From contig OZ024743.1 in NCBI GenBank assembly GCA_964016885.1, positions 25,358,001-25,422,000 on the forward strand: a stretch of 64,000 bases of DNA, read 5' to 3'. The notes under the pieces are model-generated. The model was given only the letters and a program-made list of their open reading frames with translations. It ran no database searches and was not told the origin of the DNA. Source of the DNA: Eledone cirrhosa (lineage: Eukaryota). This document shows positions 50,431-63,870 of the stretch, one piece after another (the stretch's first letter is position 1; the number at the start of each line of letters is the position of its first letter). The translations under genes and the position numbers were made by a program.

Positions 50431-51789
50431 GAGGCTTGACAGTGAGAGTTCGGCTCCTATGTGTTCGGACCTGGTGTAGTTAAGAGATGGGGAGGGTGAG
50501 AGAGATGGAGGCTTGACAGTGGGAGTTCGGCTCCTCTGTGTTCGGACCTGGTGTAGTTAAGAGATGGGGAGGGTGAGAGAGATGGAGACTTGACAGTGGG
50601 AGTTCGGCTCCTTTGTGTTCAAACCTGGTGTAGTTAAGAGATGGGAAGGGTGAGAGAGATGGAGGCTTAATAGTGGGAGTTCGGGTCCTATGTGTTCAGA
50701 CCTGGTGTACTTGAGAGATGGGGAGAGTGTGAGAGATTGGGGCTTGACAGTGGGAGTTCGGCTCCTCTGTGTTAGGAGTTTGTGTAGTTAAGAGATGGGG
50801 AGGTTGAGGGAGATGGAGGCTTGACAGTGGGAGTGCGGCTCCTCTGTGTTCGGAACTGGTGTAGTTAAGAGATGAGAAGGGTGAGAGAGATGGAGGCTTG
50901 ACAGTGGGAGTTCGGCTCTTCTGTGTTCGGAACTGGTGTAGTTAAGAGATGAGAAGGGTGAGAGAGATGGAGGCTTGACAGTGGGTGTTAGGCTCTTCTG
51001 TGTTTGGACCTGGTGTAGTTAAGAGATGAGGGGGGTGAGAGAGATGGAGGCTTGACAGTGGGTGTTAGGCTCTTCTGTGTTTGGACCTGGTTTAGTTAAG
51101 AGATGGGGAGGGTGAGAGAGATGGAGGCTTGACAGTGGGAGTTCGGCTCTTCTGTGTTCGGAACTGGTGTAGTTAAGAGATGAGAAGGGTGAGAGAGATG
51201 GAGGCTTGACAGTGGGTGTTAGGCTCTTCTGTGTTTGGACCTGGTGTAGTTAAGAGATGAGGAGGGTGAGAGAGATGGAGGCTTGACAGTGGGAGTTCGT
51301 CTCCTCTGTGTTCGGACCTGGTGTAGTTAAGAGATGCGGTGAGTGAGAGAGATGGAGGCTTGACAGTGGGAGTTCGGCTCCTCTGTGTTCGGACCTGGTG
51401 TAGTTAAGAGATGGGGAGTGTGAGAGAGATGGAGGCTTAACAGTGGGAGTTCGGCTCCTCTGTGTTCGGACCTGGTGTAGTTAAGAGATGGGGAGGGTGA
51501 GAGAGATGGAGGCTTGACGGTGGGAATTCGGCTCCTCTGTGTTCGGACCTGGTGTAGTTAAGAGATGGGGAGTGTGAGAGAGATGGAGGCTTGACAGTGG
51601 GAGTTCGGCTCCTCTGTTTTCGGACCAGGTGTAATTAAAAGATCGGGAAGGTGAGAGAGATGGAGGTTTGACAGTGGGAGTTCGGCTCCTCTGTGTTCGG
51701 ACCTGGTGTAGTTAAGAGATGGGGAGGGTGAGAGAGATGGAGGCTTGACAGTGGGAGTTCGGCTCCTCTGTGTTCGGACCTGGTGTAGT

Positions 51790-54700
51790 TAAGAGATGGG
51801 GAGGGTGAGAGAGATGGAGGTTTGACAGTGGGAGTTCGGCTCCTCTGTGTTCGGACCTGGTGTAGTTAAGAGATGGGGAGGGTGAGAGAGATGGAGACTT
51901 GACAGTGGGAATTCGGCTCCTCTGTGTTCGGACCTGGTGTAGTTAAGAGATGGGGAGGGTGAGAGAGATGGAGACTTGATAGTGGGAGTTCGGCTCCTCT
52001 GTGTTCGGACCTGGTGTAGTTAAGAGATGGGGAGGGTGAGAGAGATGGAGATTTGACAGTGGGAGTTCGGCTCCTCTGTGTTCGGACCTGGTGTAGTTAA
52101 GAGATGGGGAGGGTGAGAGAGATGGAGACTTGACAGTGGGAGTTCGGTTTTCTGTGTTCGGACCTGGTGTAGTTAAGAGATGGGGAGGGTGAGAGAGACG
52201 GTGCCTTGATAGTGGGAGTTCGGCTCCTCTGTGTTCGGACCTGGTGTACTTGAGAGATAGGGAAGGCGAGAGAGATGGTGGCTTGACATTGGGAGTTCGG
52301 CTCCTCTGTGTTTGGACCTGGTGTAGTTAAGAGATGGGGAGGGTGAGAGAGATGGAGGCTTGACAGTGGGAGTTAGGCTCCTCTGTGTTGGGACCTGGTG
52401 TACTTGAGAGATAGGGAAGGCGAGAGAGATGGTGGCTTGACAGTGGGAGTTCGACTCCTCTGTGTTTGGACCTATTGTAGTTAAGAGATGGGGAGGGTGA
52501 GAGAGATGGAGGATTGACAGTGGGAGTTCGGCTCCTCTGTGTTATGACCTGGTGTACTTGAGAGATGGGGAGGGTGAGAGAGATGGAGGCTTGACAGTGG
52601 GAGTGCGGCTCCTCTGTGTTCGGACCTGGTGTAGTTAAGAGATGGGGAGGGTGAGAGAGATTGGGGCTTGACAGTGGGAGTTCGGCTCCTCTGTGTTCGG
52701 ACCTGGTGTACTTGAGAGATGGGAAGGGCGAGAGAGATGGTGGCTTGACAGTGGGAGTGCGGCTCCTCTGTGTTCGGACCTGGTGAACTTGAGAGATGGG
52801 GAGGGTGAGAGAGATTGGGGCTTGACAGTGGGAGTTTGGCTCCTCTGTGTTCGGACCTGGTGTAGTTAAGAGATGGGGAGGGTGAGAGAAATGGAGCCTT
52901 GACAGTGGGAGTTCGGCTCCTCTGTGTTCGGACCTGGTGTAGTTAAGAGATAGGGAGGGTGAGAGAGATGGAGGCTTGACAGTGGGTGTTCGGCTCCTCT
53001 GTGTTCGGACCTGGTGTACTTGAGAGATGGGAAGGGCGAGAGAGATGGTGGCTTGACAGTGGGAGTTTGGCTCCTCTGTGTTCGGACCTGGTGAACTTGA
53101 GAGATGGGGAGGGTGAGAGAGATTGGGGCTTGACAGTGGGAGTTTGGCTCCTCTGTGTTCGGACCTGGTGTACTTGAGAGATGGGGAGGGTGAGAGAGAT
53201 TGGGGCTTGACAGTGGGAGTTTGGCTCCTCTGTGTTCGGACCTGGTGTAGTTAAGAGATGGGGAGGGTGAGAGAAATGGAGCCTTGACAGTGGGAGTTCG
53301 GCTCCTCTGTGTTCGGACCTGGTGTAGTTAAGAGATAGGGAGGGTGAGAGAGATGGAGGCTTGACAGTGGGTGTTCGGCTCCTCTGTGTTCGGACATGGT
53401 GTACTTGAGAGATGGGGAGGGTGAGAGATATGTAGGCTTCACAGTGGGAGTGCGGCTCCTCTGTGTTCGGACCTGGTGTACTTGAGAGATGGGGAGGGTG
53501 AGAGATATGTAGGCTTCACAGTGGGAGTGCGGCTCCTCTGTGTTCGGACCTGGTGTAGTTAAGAGATGGGGAGGGTGAGAGAGATGGAGGCTTGACAGTG
53601 GGAGTTCGGCTCCTCTGTGTTCGGACCTGGTGTAGTTAAGAGATGGGGAGTGTGAGAGAGATGGAGGCTTGACAGTGGGAGTTCGGCTCCTCTGTGTTCC
53701 GACCTGGTGTAGTTAAGAGATGGGGAGTGTGAGAGAGATGGAGGCTTGACAGTGGGAGTTCGGCTCCTCTGTGTTCGGACCTGGTGTAGTTAAGAGATGG
53801 GGAGTGTGAGAGAGATGGAGGCTTGACAGTGGGAGTTCGGCTCCTCTGTGTTCGGACCTGGTGTAGTTAAGAGATGGGGAGTGTGAGAGAGATGGAGGCT
53901 TGACAGTGGGAGTTCGGCTCCTCTGTGTTCGGACCTGGTGTAGTTAAGAGATGGGGAGGGTGAGAGAGATGGAGGTTTGACAGTGGGAGTTCGGCTCCTC
54001 TGTGTTCGGACCTGGTGTAGTTAAGAGATGGGGAGGGTGAGAGAGATGGAGACTTGACAGTGGGAATTCGGCTCCTCTGTGTTCGGACCTGGTGTAGTTA
54101 AGAGATGGGGAGGGTGAGAGAGATGGAGACTTGATAGTGGGAGTTCGGCTCCTCTGTGTTCGGACCTGGTGTAGTTAAGAGATGGGGAGGGTGAGAGAGA
54201 TGGAGATTTGACAGTGGGAGTTCGGCTCCTCTGTGTTCGGACCTGGTGTAGTTAAGAGATGGGGAGGGTGAGAGAGATGGAGACTTGACAGTGGGAGTTC
54301 GGTTTTCTGTGTTCGGACCTGGTGTAGTTAAGAGATGGGGAGGGTGAGAGAGACGGTGCCTTGATAGTGGGAGTTCGGCTCCTCTGTGTTCGGACCTGGT
54401 GTACTTGAGAGATAGGGAAGGCGAGAGAGATGGTGGCTTGACATTGGGAGTTCGGCTCCTCTGTGTTTGGACCTGGTGTAGTTAAGAGATGGGGAGGGTG
54501 AGAGAGATGGAGGCTTGACAGTGGGAGTTAGGCTCCTCTGTGTTGGGACCTGGTGTACTTGAGAGATAGGGAAGGCGAGAGAGATGGTGGCTTGACAGTG
54601 GGAGTTCGACTCCTCTGTGTTTGGACCTATTGTAGTTAAGAGATGGGGAGGGTGAGAGAGATGGAGGATTGACAGTGGGAGTTCGGCTCCTCTGTGTTAT

Positions 54701-56030
54701 GACCTGGTGTACTTGAGAGATGGGGAGGGTGAGAGAGATGGAGGCTTGACAGTGGGAGTGCGGCTCCTCTGTGTTCGGACCTGGTGTAGTTAAGAGATGG
54801 GGAGGGTGAGAGAGATTGGGGCTTGACAGTGGGAGTTCGGCTCCTCTGTGTTCGGACCTGGTGTACTTGAGAGATGGGAAGGGCGAGAGAGATGGTGGCT
54901 TGACAGTGGGAGTGCGGCTCCTCTGTGTTCGGACCTGGTGAACTTGAGAGATGGGGAGGGTGAGAGAGATTGGGGCTTGACAGTGGGAGTTTGGCTCCTC
55001 TGTGTTCGGACCTGGTGTAGTTAAGAGATGGGGAGGGTGAGAGAAATGGAGCCTTGACAGTGGGAGTTCGGCTCCTCTGTGTTCGGACCTGGTGTAGTTA
55101 AGAGATAGGGAGGGTGAGAGAGATGGAGGCTTGACAGTGGGTGTTCGGCTCCTCTGTGTTCGGACCTGGTGTACTTGAGAGATGGGAAGGGCGAGAGAGA
55201 TGGTGGCTTGACAGTGGGAGTTTGGCTCCTCTGTGTTCGGACCTGGTGAACTTGAGAGATGGGGAGGGTGAGAGAGATTGGGGCTTGACAGTGGGAGTTT
55301 GGCTCCTCTGTGTTCGGACCTGGTGTACTTGAGAGATGGGGAGGGTGAGAGAGATTGGGGCTTGACAGTGGGAGTTTGGCTCCTCTGTGTTCGGACCTGG
55401 TGTAGTTAAGAGATGGGGAGGGTGAGAGAAATGGAGCCTTGACAGTGGGAGTTCGGCTCCTCTGTGTTCGGACCTGGTGTAGTTAAGAGATAGGGAGGGT
55501 GAGAGAGATGGAGGCTTGACAGTGGGTGTTCGGCTCCTCTGTGTTCGGACATGGTGTACTTGAGAGATGGGGAGGGTGAGAGATATGTAGGCTTCACAGT
55601 GGGAGTGCGGCTCCTCTGTGTTCGGACCTGGTGTACTTGAGAGATGGGGAGGGTGAGAGATATGTAGGCTTCACAGTGGGAGTGCGGCTCCTCTGTGTTC
55701 GGACCTGGTGTAGTTAAGAGATGGGGAGGGTGAGAGAGATGGAGGCTTGACAGTGGGAGTTCGGCTCCTCTGTGTTCGGACCTGGTGTAGTTAAGAGATG
55801 GGGAGTGTGAGAGAGATGGAGGCTTGACAGTGGGAGTTCGGCTCCTCTGTGTTCGGACCTGGTGTAGTTAAGAGATGGGGAGTGTGAGAGAGATGGAGGC
55901 TTGACAGTGGGAGTTCGGCTCCTCTGTGTTCGGACCTGGTGTAGTTAAGAGATGGGGAGTGTGAGAGAGATGGAGGCTTGACAGTGGGAGTTCGGCTCCT
56001 CTGTGTTCGGACCTGGTGTAGTTAAGAGAT
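51790..56030 (+). repeat. Recent tandem duplication, 2155-bp unit (28 monomers) x2
   Basis: Identical ORF pairs 52986/55141 and 53251/55406 and the GGTTTGAC marker (51821/53976) are offset by 2155 = 28x77-1. Confidence 0.94.
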
Positions 56031-59000
56031 GGGGAGGGTGAGAGAGATGGAGGCTTGACAGTGGGAGTTCGGCTCCTCTGTGTTCGGACCTGGTGTAGTT
56101 AAGAGATGGGGAGTGTGAGAGAGATGGAGGCTTGACAGTGGGAGTTCGGCTCCTCTGTTTTCGGACCAGGTGTAGTTAAAAGATCGGGAAGGTGAGAGAG
56201 ATGGAGGATTGACAGTGGGAGTTCGGCTCCTCTGTGTTCGGACATGGTGTAGTTAAGAGATGGGGAGGGTGAGAGAGATGGAGGCTTGACAGTGGGAGTT
56301 CGGCTCCTCTGTGTTCGGACCTGGTGTAGTTAAGAGATGGGGAGGGTGAGAGAGATGGAGGTTTGACAGTGGGAGTTCGGCTCCTCTGTGTTCGGACCTG
56401 GTGTAGTTAAGAGATGGGGAGGGTGAGAGAGATGGAGACTTGATAGTGGGAGTTCGGCTCCTCTGTGTTCGGACCTGGTGTAGTTAAGAGATGGGGAGGG
56501 TGAGATAGATGGAGATTTGACAGTGGGAGTTCGGCTCCTCTGTGTTCGGACCTGGTGTAGTTAAGAGATGAGAAGGGTGAGAGAGATGGAGGCTTGACAG
56601 TGGGAGTTCGTCTCCTCTGTGTTCGGACCTGGTGTAGTTAAGAGATGCGGTGAGTGAGGGAGATGGAGGCTTGACAGTGGGAGTTCGTCTCCTCTGTGTT
56701 CGGACCTGGTGTAGTTAAGAGATGGGGAGGGTGAGAGAGATGGAGGCTTGACGGTGGGAATTCGGCTCCTCTGTGTTCGGACCTGGTGTAGTTAAGAGAT
56801 GGGGAGTGTGAGAGAGATGGAGGCTTGACAGTGGGAGTTCGGCTCCTCTGTTTTCGGACCAGGTGTAATTAAAAGATCGGGAAGGTGAGAGAGATGGAGG
56901 TTTGACAGTGGGAGTTCGGCTCCTCTGTGTTCGGACCTGGTGTAGTTAAGAGATGGGGAGGGTGAGAGAGATGGAGGCTTGACAGTGGGAGTTCAGCTCC
57001 TCTGTGTTCGGACCTGGTGTAGTTAAGAGATGGGGAGGGTGAGAGAGATGGAGGTTTGACAGTGGGAGTTCGGCACCTCTGTGTTCGGACCTGGTGTAGT
57101 TAAGAGATGGGGAGGGTGAGAGAGATGGAGACTTGACAGTGGGAATTCGGCTCCTCTGTGTTCGGTCCTGCTGTAGTTAAGAGATGGGGAGGGTGAGAGA
57201 GATGGAGGTTTGACAGTGGGAGTTCGGCTCCTCTGTGTTCGGACCTGGTGTAGTTAAGAGATGGGGAGGGTGAGAGAGATGGAGACTTGATAGTGGGAGT
57301 TCGGCTCCTCTGTGTTCGGACCTGGTGTAGTTAAGAGATGGGGAGGGTGAGAGAGATGGAGATTTGACAGTGGGTGTTCGGCTCCTCTGTGTTCGGACCT
57401 GGTGTAGTTAAGAGATGGGGAGGGTGAGAGAGATGGAGACTTGACAGTGGGAGTTCGGTTTTCTGTGTTCGGACCTGGTGTAGTTAAGAGATGGGGAGGG
57501 TGAGAGAGACGGTGCCTTGATAGTGGGAGTTCGGCTCCTCTGTGTTCGGACCTGGTGTACTTGAGAGATAGGGAAGGCGAGAGAGATGGTGGCTTGACAT
57601 TGGGAGTTCGGCTCCTCTGTGTTTGGACCTGGTGTAGTTAAGAGATGGGGAGGGTGAGAGAGATGGAGGCTTGACAGTGGGAGTTAGGCTCCTCTGTGTT
57701 AGGACCTGGTGTACTTGAGAGATAGGGAAGGCGAGAGAGATGGTGGCTTGACAGTGGGAGTTCGGCTCCTCTGTGTTTGGACCTATTGTAGTTAAGAGAT
57801 GGGGAGGGTGAGAGAGATGGAGGCTTGACAGTGGGAGTTCGGCTCCTCTGTGTTATGACCTGGTGTACTTGAGAGATGGGGAGGGTGAGAGAGATGGAGG
57901 CTTGACAGTGGGAGTGCGGCTCCTCTGTGTTCGGACCTGGTGTAGTTAAGAGATCGGGAGGGTGAGAGAGATTGGGGCTTGACAGTGGGAGTTCGGCTCC
58001 TCTGTGTTCGGACCTGGTGTACTTGAGAGATGGGAAGGGCGAGAGAGATGGTGGCTTGACAGTGGGAGTGCGGCTCCTCTGTGTTCGGACCTGGCGTAGT
58101 GAAGAGATGGGGAGGGTGAGAGAGATGGAGGCTTGACAGTGGGAGTTCGGCTCCTCTGTGTTCGGACCTGGTGTAGTTAAGAGATGGGGAGTGTGAGAGA
58201 GATGGAGGCTTGACAGTGGGAGTTCGGCTCCTCTGTGTTCGGACCTGGTGTAGTTAAGAGATGGGGAGTGTGAGAGAGATGGAGGCTTGACAGTGGGAGT
58301 TCGGCTCCTCTGTGTTCGGACCTGGTGTAGTTAAGAGATGGGGAGTGTGAGAGAGATGGAGGCTTGACAGTGGGAGTTCGGCTCCTCTGTGTTCGGACCT
58401 GGTGTAGTTAAGAGATGGGGAGGGTGAGAGAGATGGAGGCTTGACAGTGGGAGTTCGGCTCCTCTGTGTTCGGACCTGGTGTAGTTAAGAGATGGGGAGT
58501 GTGAGAGAGATGGAGGCTTGACAGTGGGAGTTCGGCTCCTCTGTTTTCGGACCAGGTGTAGTTAAAAGATCGGGAAGGTGAGAGAGATGGAGGATTGACA
58601 GTGGGAGTTCGGCTCCTCTGTGTTCGGACATGGTGTAGTTAAGAGATGGGGAGGGTGAGAGAGATGGAGGCTTGACAGTGGGAGTTCGGCTCCTCTGTGT
58701 TCGGAGCTGGTGTAGTTAAGAGATGGGGAGGGTGAGAGAGATGGAGGTTTGACAGTGGGAGTTCGGCTCCTCTGTGTTCGGACCTGGTGTAGTTAAGAGA
58801 TGGGGAGGGTGAGAGAGATGGAGACTTGATAGTGGGAGTTCGGCTCCTCTGTGTTCGGACCTGGTGTAGTTAAGAGATGGGGAGGGTGAGATAGATGGAG
58901 ATTTGACAGTGGGAGTTCGGCTCCTCTGTGTTCGGACCTGGTGTAGTTAAGAGATGAGAAGGGTGAGAGAGATGGAGGCTTGACAGTGGGTGTTAGGCTC

Positions 59001-62000
59001 TTCTGTGTTTGGACCTGGTGTAGTTAAGAGATGAGGAGGGTGAGAGAGATGGAGGCTTGACAGTGGGAGTTCGTCTCCTCTGTGTTCGGACCTGGTGTAG
59101 TTAAGAGATGGGGAGGGTGAGAGAGATGGAGACTTGACAGTGGGAATTCGGCTCCTCTGTGTTCGGTCCTGCTGTAGTTAAGAGATGGGGAGGGTGAGAG
59201 AGATGGAGGTTTGACAGTGGGAGTTCGGCTCCTCTGTGTTCGGACCTGGTGTAGTTAAGAGATGGGGAGGGTGAGAGAGATGGAGACTTGATAGTGGGAG
59301 TTCGGCTCCTCTGTGTTCGGACCTGGTGTAGTTAAGAGATGGGGAGGGTGAGAGAGATGGAGGCTTGACGGTGGGAATTCGGCTCCTCTGTGTTCGGACG
59401 TGGTGTAGTTAAGAGATGGGGAGTGTGAGAGAGATGGAGGCTTGACAGTGGGAGTTCGGCTCCTCTGTTTTCGGACCAGGTGTAATTAAAAGATCGGGAA
59501 GGTGAGAGAGATGGAGGTTTGACAGTGGGAGTTCGGCTCCTCTGTGTTCGGACCTGGTGTAGTTAAGAGATGGGGAGGGTGAGAGAGATGGAGGTTTGAC
59601 AGTGGGAGTTCGGCTCCTCTGTGTTCGGACCTGGTGTAGTTAAGAGATGGGGAGGGTGAGAGAGATGGAGACTTGACAGTGGGAATTCGGCTCCTCTGTG
59701 TTCGGTCCTGCTGTAGTTAAGAGATGGGGAGGGTGAGAGAGATGGAGGTTTGACAGTGGGAGTTCGGCTCCTCTGTGTTCGGACCTGGTGTAGTTAAGAG
59801 ATGGGGAGGGTGAGAGAGATGGAGACTTGATAGTGGGAGTTCGGCTCCTCTGTGTTCGGACCTGGTGTAGTTAAGAGATGGGGAGGGTGAGAGAGATGGA
59901 GATTTGACAGTGGGAGTTCGGCTCCTCTGTGTTCGGACCTGGTGTAGTTAAGAGATGGGGAGGGTGAGAGAGATGGAGACTTGACAGTGGGAGTTCGGTT
60001 TTCTGTGTTCGGACCTGGTGTAGTTAAGAGATGGGGAGGGTGAGAGAGACGGTGCCTTGATAGTGGGAGTTCGGCTCCTCTGTGTTCGGACCTGGTGTAC
60101 TTGAGAGATAGGGAAGGCGAGAGAGATGGTGGCTTGACATTGGGAGTTCGGCTCCTCTGTGTTTGGACCTGGTGTAGTTAAGAGATGGGGAGGGTGAGAG
60201 AGACGGTGCCTTGATAGTGGGAGTTCGGCTCTTCTGTGTTCGGACCTGGTGTACTTGAGAGATAGGGAAGGCGAGAGAGATGGTGGCTTGACAGTGGGAG
60301 TGCGGCTCCTCTGTGTTCGGACCTGGCGTAGTGAAGAGATGGGGAGGGTGAGAGAGATGGAGGCTTGACAGTGGGAGTTCGGCTCCTCTGTGTTCGGACC
60401 TGGTGTAGTTAAGAGATGGGGAGTGTGAGAGAGATGGAGGCTTGACAGTGGGAGTTCGGCTCCTCTGTGTTCGGACCTGGTGTAGTTAAGAGATGGGGAG
60501 TGTGAGAGAGATGGAGGCTTGACAGTGGGAGTTCGGCTCCTCTGTGTTCGGACCTGGTGTAGTTAAGAGATGGGGAGTGTGAGAGAGATGGAGGCTTGAC
60601 AGTGGGAGTTCGGCTCCTCTGTGTTCGGACCTGGTGTAGTTAAGAGATGGGGAGGGTGAGAGAGATGGAGGCTTGACAGTGGGAGTTCGGCTCCTCTGTG
60701 TTCGGACCTGGTGTAGTTAAGAGATGGGGAGTGTGAGAGAGATGGAGGCTTGACAGTGGGAGTTCGGCTCCTCTGTTTTCGGACCAGGTGTAGTTAAAAG
60801 ATCGGGAAGGTGAGAGAGATGGAGGATTGACAGTGGGAGTTCGGCTCCTCTGTGTTCGGACATGGTGTAGTTAAGAGATGGGGAGGGTGAGAGAGATGGA
60901 GGCTTGACAGTGGGAGTTCGGCTCCTCTGTGTTCGGACCTGGTGTAGTTAAGAGATGGGGAGGGTGAGAGAGATGGAGGTTTGACAGTGGGAGTTCGGCT
61001 CCTCTGTGTTCGGACCTGGTGTAGTTAAGAGATGGGGAGGGTGAGAGAGATGGAGACTTGATAGTGGGAGTTCGGCTCCTCTGTGTTCGGACCTGGTGTA
61101 GTTAAGAGATGGGGAGGGTGAGATAGATGGAGATTTGACAGTGGGAGTTCGGCTCCTCTGTGTTCGGACCTGGTGTAGTTAAGAGATGAGAAGGGTGAGA
61201 GAGATGGAGGCTTGACAGTGGGTGTTAGGGTCTTCTGTGTTTGGACCTGGTGTAGTTAAGAGATGAGGAGGGTGAGAGAGATGGAGGCTTGACAGTGGGA
61301 GTTCGTCTCCTCTGTGTTCGGACCTGGTGTAGTTAAGAGATGCGGTGAGTGAGAGAGATGGAGGCTTGACAGTCGGAGTTCGGCTCTTCTGTGTTCGGAC
61401 CTGGTGTATTTAAGAGATGGGGAGGGTGAGAGAGATGGAGGCTTGACAGTGGGAGTTCGGCTCCTCTGTGTTCGGACCTGGTGTAGTTAAGAGATGGGGA
61501 GTGTGAGAGAGATGGAGGCTTGACAGTGGGAGTTCGGCTCCTCTGTGTTCGGACCTGGTGTAGTTAAGAGATGGGGAGGGTGAGAGAGATGGAGGCTTGA
61601 CGGTGGGAATTCGGCTCCTCTGTGTTCGGACCTGGTGTAGTTAAGAGATGGGGAGTGTGAGAGAGATGGAGGCTTGACAGTGGGAGTTCGGCTCCTCTGT
61701 TTTCGGACCAGGTGTAATTAAAAGATCGGGAAGGTGAGAGAGATGGAGGTTTGACAGTGGGAGTTCGGCTCCTCTGTGTTCGGACCTGGTGTAGTTAAGA
61801 GATGGGGAGGGTGAGAGAGATGGAGGCTTGACAGTGGGAGTTCGGCTCCTCTGTGTTCGGACCTGGTGTAGTTAAGAGATGGGGAGGGTGAGAGAGATGG
61901 AGGTTTGACAGTGGGAGTTCGGCTCCTCTGTGTTCGGACCTGGTGTAGTAAAGAGATGGGGAGGGTGAGAGAGATGGAGACTTGACAGTGGGAATTCGGC

Positions 62001-62639
62001 TCCTCTGTGTTCGGTCCTGCTGTAGTTAAGAGATGGGGAGGGTGAGAGAGATGGAGGTTTGACAGTGGGAGTTCGGCTCCTCTGTGTTCGGACCTGGTGT
62101 AGTTAAGAGATGGGGAGGGTGAGAGAGATGGAGACTTGATAGTGGGAGTTCGGCTCCTCTGTGTTCGGACCTGGTGTAGTTAAGAGATGGGGAGGGTGAG
62201 AGAGATGGAGATTTGACAGTGGGAGTTCGGCTCCTCTGTGTTCGGACCTGGTGTAGTTAAGAGATGGGGAGGGTGAGAGAGATGGAGACTTGACAGTGGG
62301 AGTTCGGTTTTCTGTGTTCGGACCTGGTGTAGTTAAGAGATGGGGAGGGTGAGAGAGACGGTGCCTTGATAGTGGGAGTTCGGCTCCTCTGTGTTCGGAC
62401 CTGGTGTACTTGAGAGATAGGGAAGGCGAGAGAGATGGTGGCTTGACATTGGGAGTTCGGCTCCTCTGTGTTTGGACCTGGTGTAGTTAAGAGATGGGGA
62501 GGGTGAGAGAGATGGAGGCTTGACAGTGGGAGTTAGGCTCCTCTGTGTTGGGACCTGGTGTACTTGAGAGATAGGGAAGGCGAGAGAGATGGTGGCTTGA
62601 CAGTGGGAGTTCGGCTCCTCTGTGTTTGGACCTATTGTA

Positions 62640-63870
62640 GTTAAGAGATGGGGAGGGTGAGAGAGATGGAGGCTTGACAGTGGGAGTTCGGCTCCTCTGT
62701 GTTATGACCTGGTGTACTTGAGAGATGGGGAGGGTGAGAGAGATGGAGGCTTGACAGTGGGAGTGCGGCTCCTCTGTGTTCGGACCTGGTGTAGTTAAGA
62801 GATGGGGAGGGTGAGAGAGATTGGGGCTTGACAGTGGGAGTTCGGCTCCTCTGTGTTCGGACCTGGTGTACTTGAGAGATGGGAAGGGCGAGAGAGATGG
62901 TGGCTTGACAGTGGGAGTGCGGCTCCTCTGTGTTCGGACCTGGCGTAGTGAAGAGATGGGGAGGGTGAGAGAGATTGGGGCTTGACAGTGGGTGTTAGGC
63001 TCTTCTGTGTTTGGACCTGGTGTAGTTAAGAGATGAGGAGGGTGAGAGAGATGGAGGCGTGACAGTGGGAGTTCGTCTCCTCTGTGTTCGGACCTGGTGT
63101 AGTTAAGAGATGCGGTGAGTGAGAGAGATGGAGGCTTGACAGTCGGAGTTCGGCTCTTCTGTGTTCGGACCTGGTGTAGTTAAGAGATGGGGAGGGTGAG
63201 AGAGATGGAGGCTTGACAGTGGGAGTTCGGCTCCTCTGTGTTCGGACCTGGTGTAGTTAAGAGATGGGGAGGGTGAGAGAGATGGAGGCTTGACAGTGGG
63301 AGTTCGGCTCCTCTGTGTTATGACCTGGTGTACTTGAGAGATGGGGAGGGTGAGAGAGATGGAGGCTTGACAGTGGGAGTGCGGCTCCTCTGTGTTCGGA
63401 CCTGGTGTAGTTAAGAGATGGGGAGGGTGAGAGAGATTGGGGCTTGACAGTGGGAGTTCGGCTCCTCTGTGTTCGGACCTGGTGTACTTGAGAGATGGGA
63501 AGGGCGAGAGAGATGGTGGCTTGACAGTGGGAGTGCGGCTCCTCTGTGTTCGGACCTGGCGTAGTGAAGAGATGGGGAGGGTGAGAGAGATTGGGGCTTG
63601 ACAGTGGGTGTTAGGCTCTTCTGTGTTTGGACCTGGTGTAGTTAAGAGATGAGGAGGGTGAGAGAGATGGAGGCGTGACAGTGGGAGTTCGTCTCCTCTG
63701 TGTTCGGACCTGGTGTAGTTAAGAGATGCGGTGAGTGAGAGAGATGGAGGCTTGACAGTCGGAGTTCGGCTCTTCTGTGTTCGGACCTGGTGTAGTTAAG
63801 AGATGGGGAGGGTGAGAGAGATGGAGGCTTGACAGTGGGAGTTCGGCTCCTCTGTGTTCGGACCTGGTGT
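62640..63870 (+). repeat. Recent tandem duplication, 616-bp unit (8 monomers) x2
   Basis: GTTATGACC (62701/63317) and GGAGGCGTGAC (GCGT at 63057/63673) are offset by 616 = 8x77. Confidence 0.92.

Larger units (their letters stand above)
37090..51300 (+). repeat. Domain III: more heterogeneous monomers with pairwise block duplications
   Basis: It has many private substitutions, G-run expansions and a 13-bp deletion, with frequent GGGTGTTAGGCTCTT and GTTTGGACC variants. The 7-bp deletion monomer is absent. Confidence 0.75.

Noticed and set aside
52986-55332. Two identical 63-aa plus-strand ORFs
   Set aside because: They are chance stop-free repeat translations copied by the 2155-bp duplication.
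602-55597. Many minus-strand Ser/Pro/Leu/His-rich ORFs, up to 345 aa (31807-32844)
   Set aside because: 77 is not a multiple of 3, so frames rotate each monomer. The minus-strand consensus has only one stop (TAA from GTTAAG), which is lost in common variants, so long ORFs are expected by chance. Indels of 1, 7 and 13 bp are tolerated and most starts are non-ATG.
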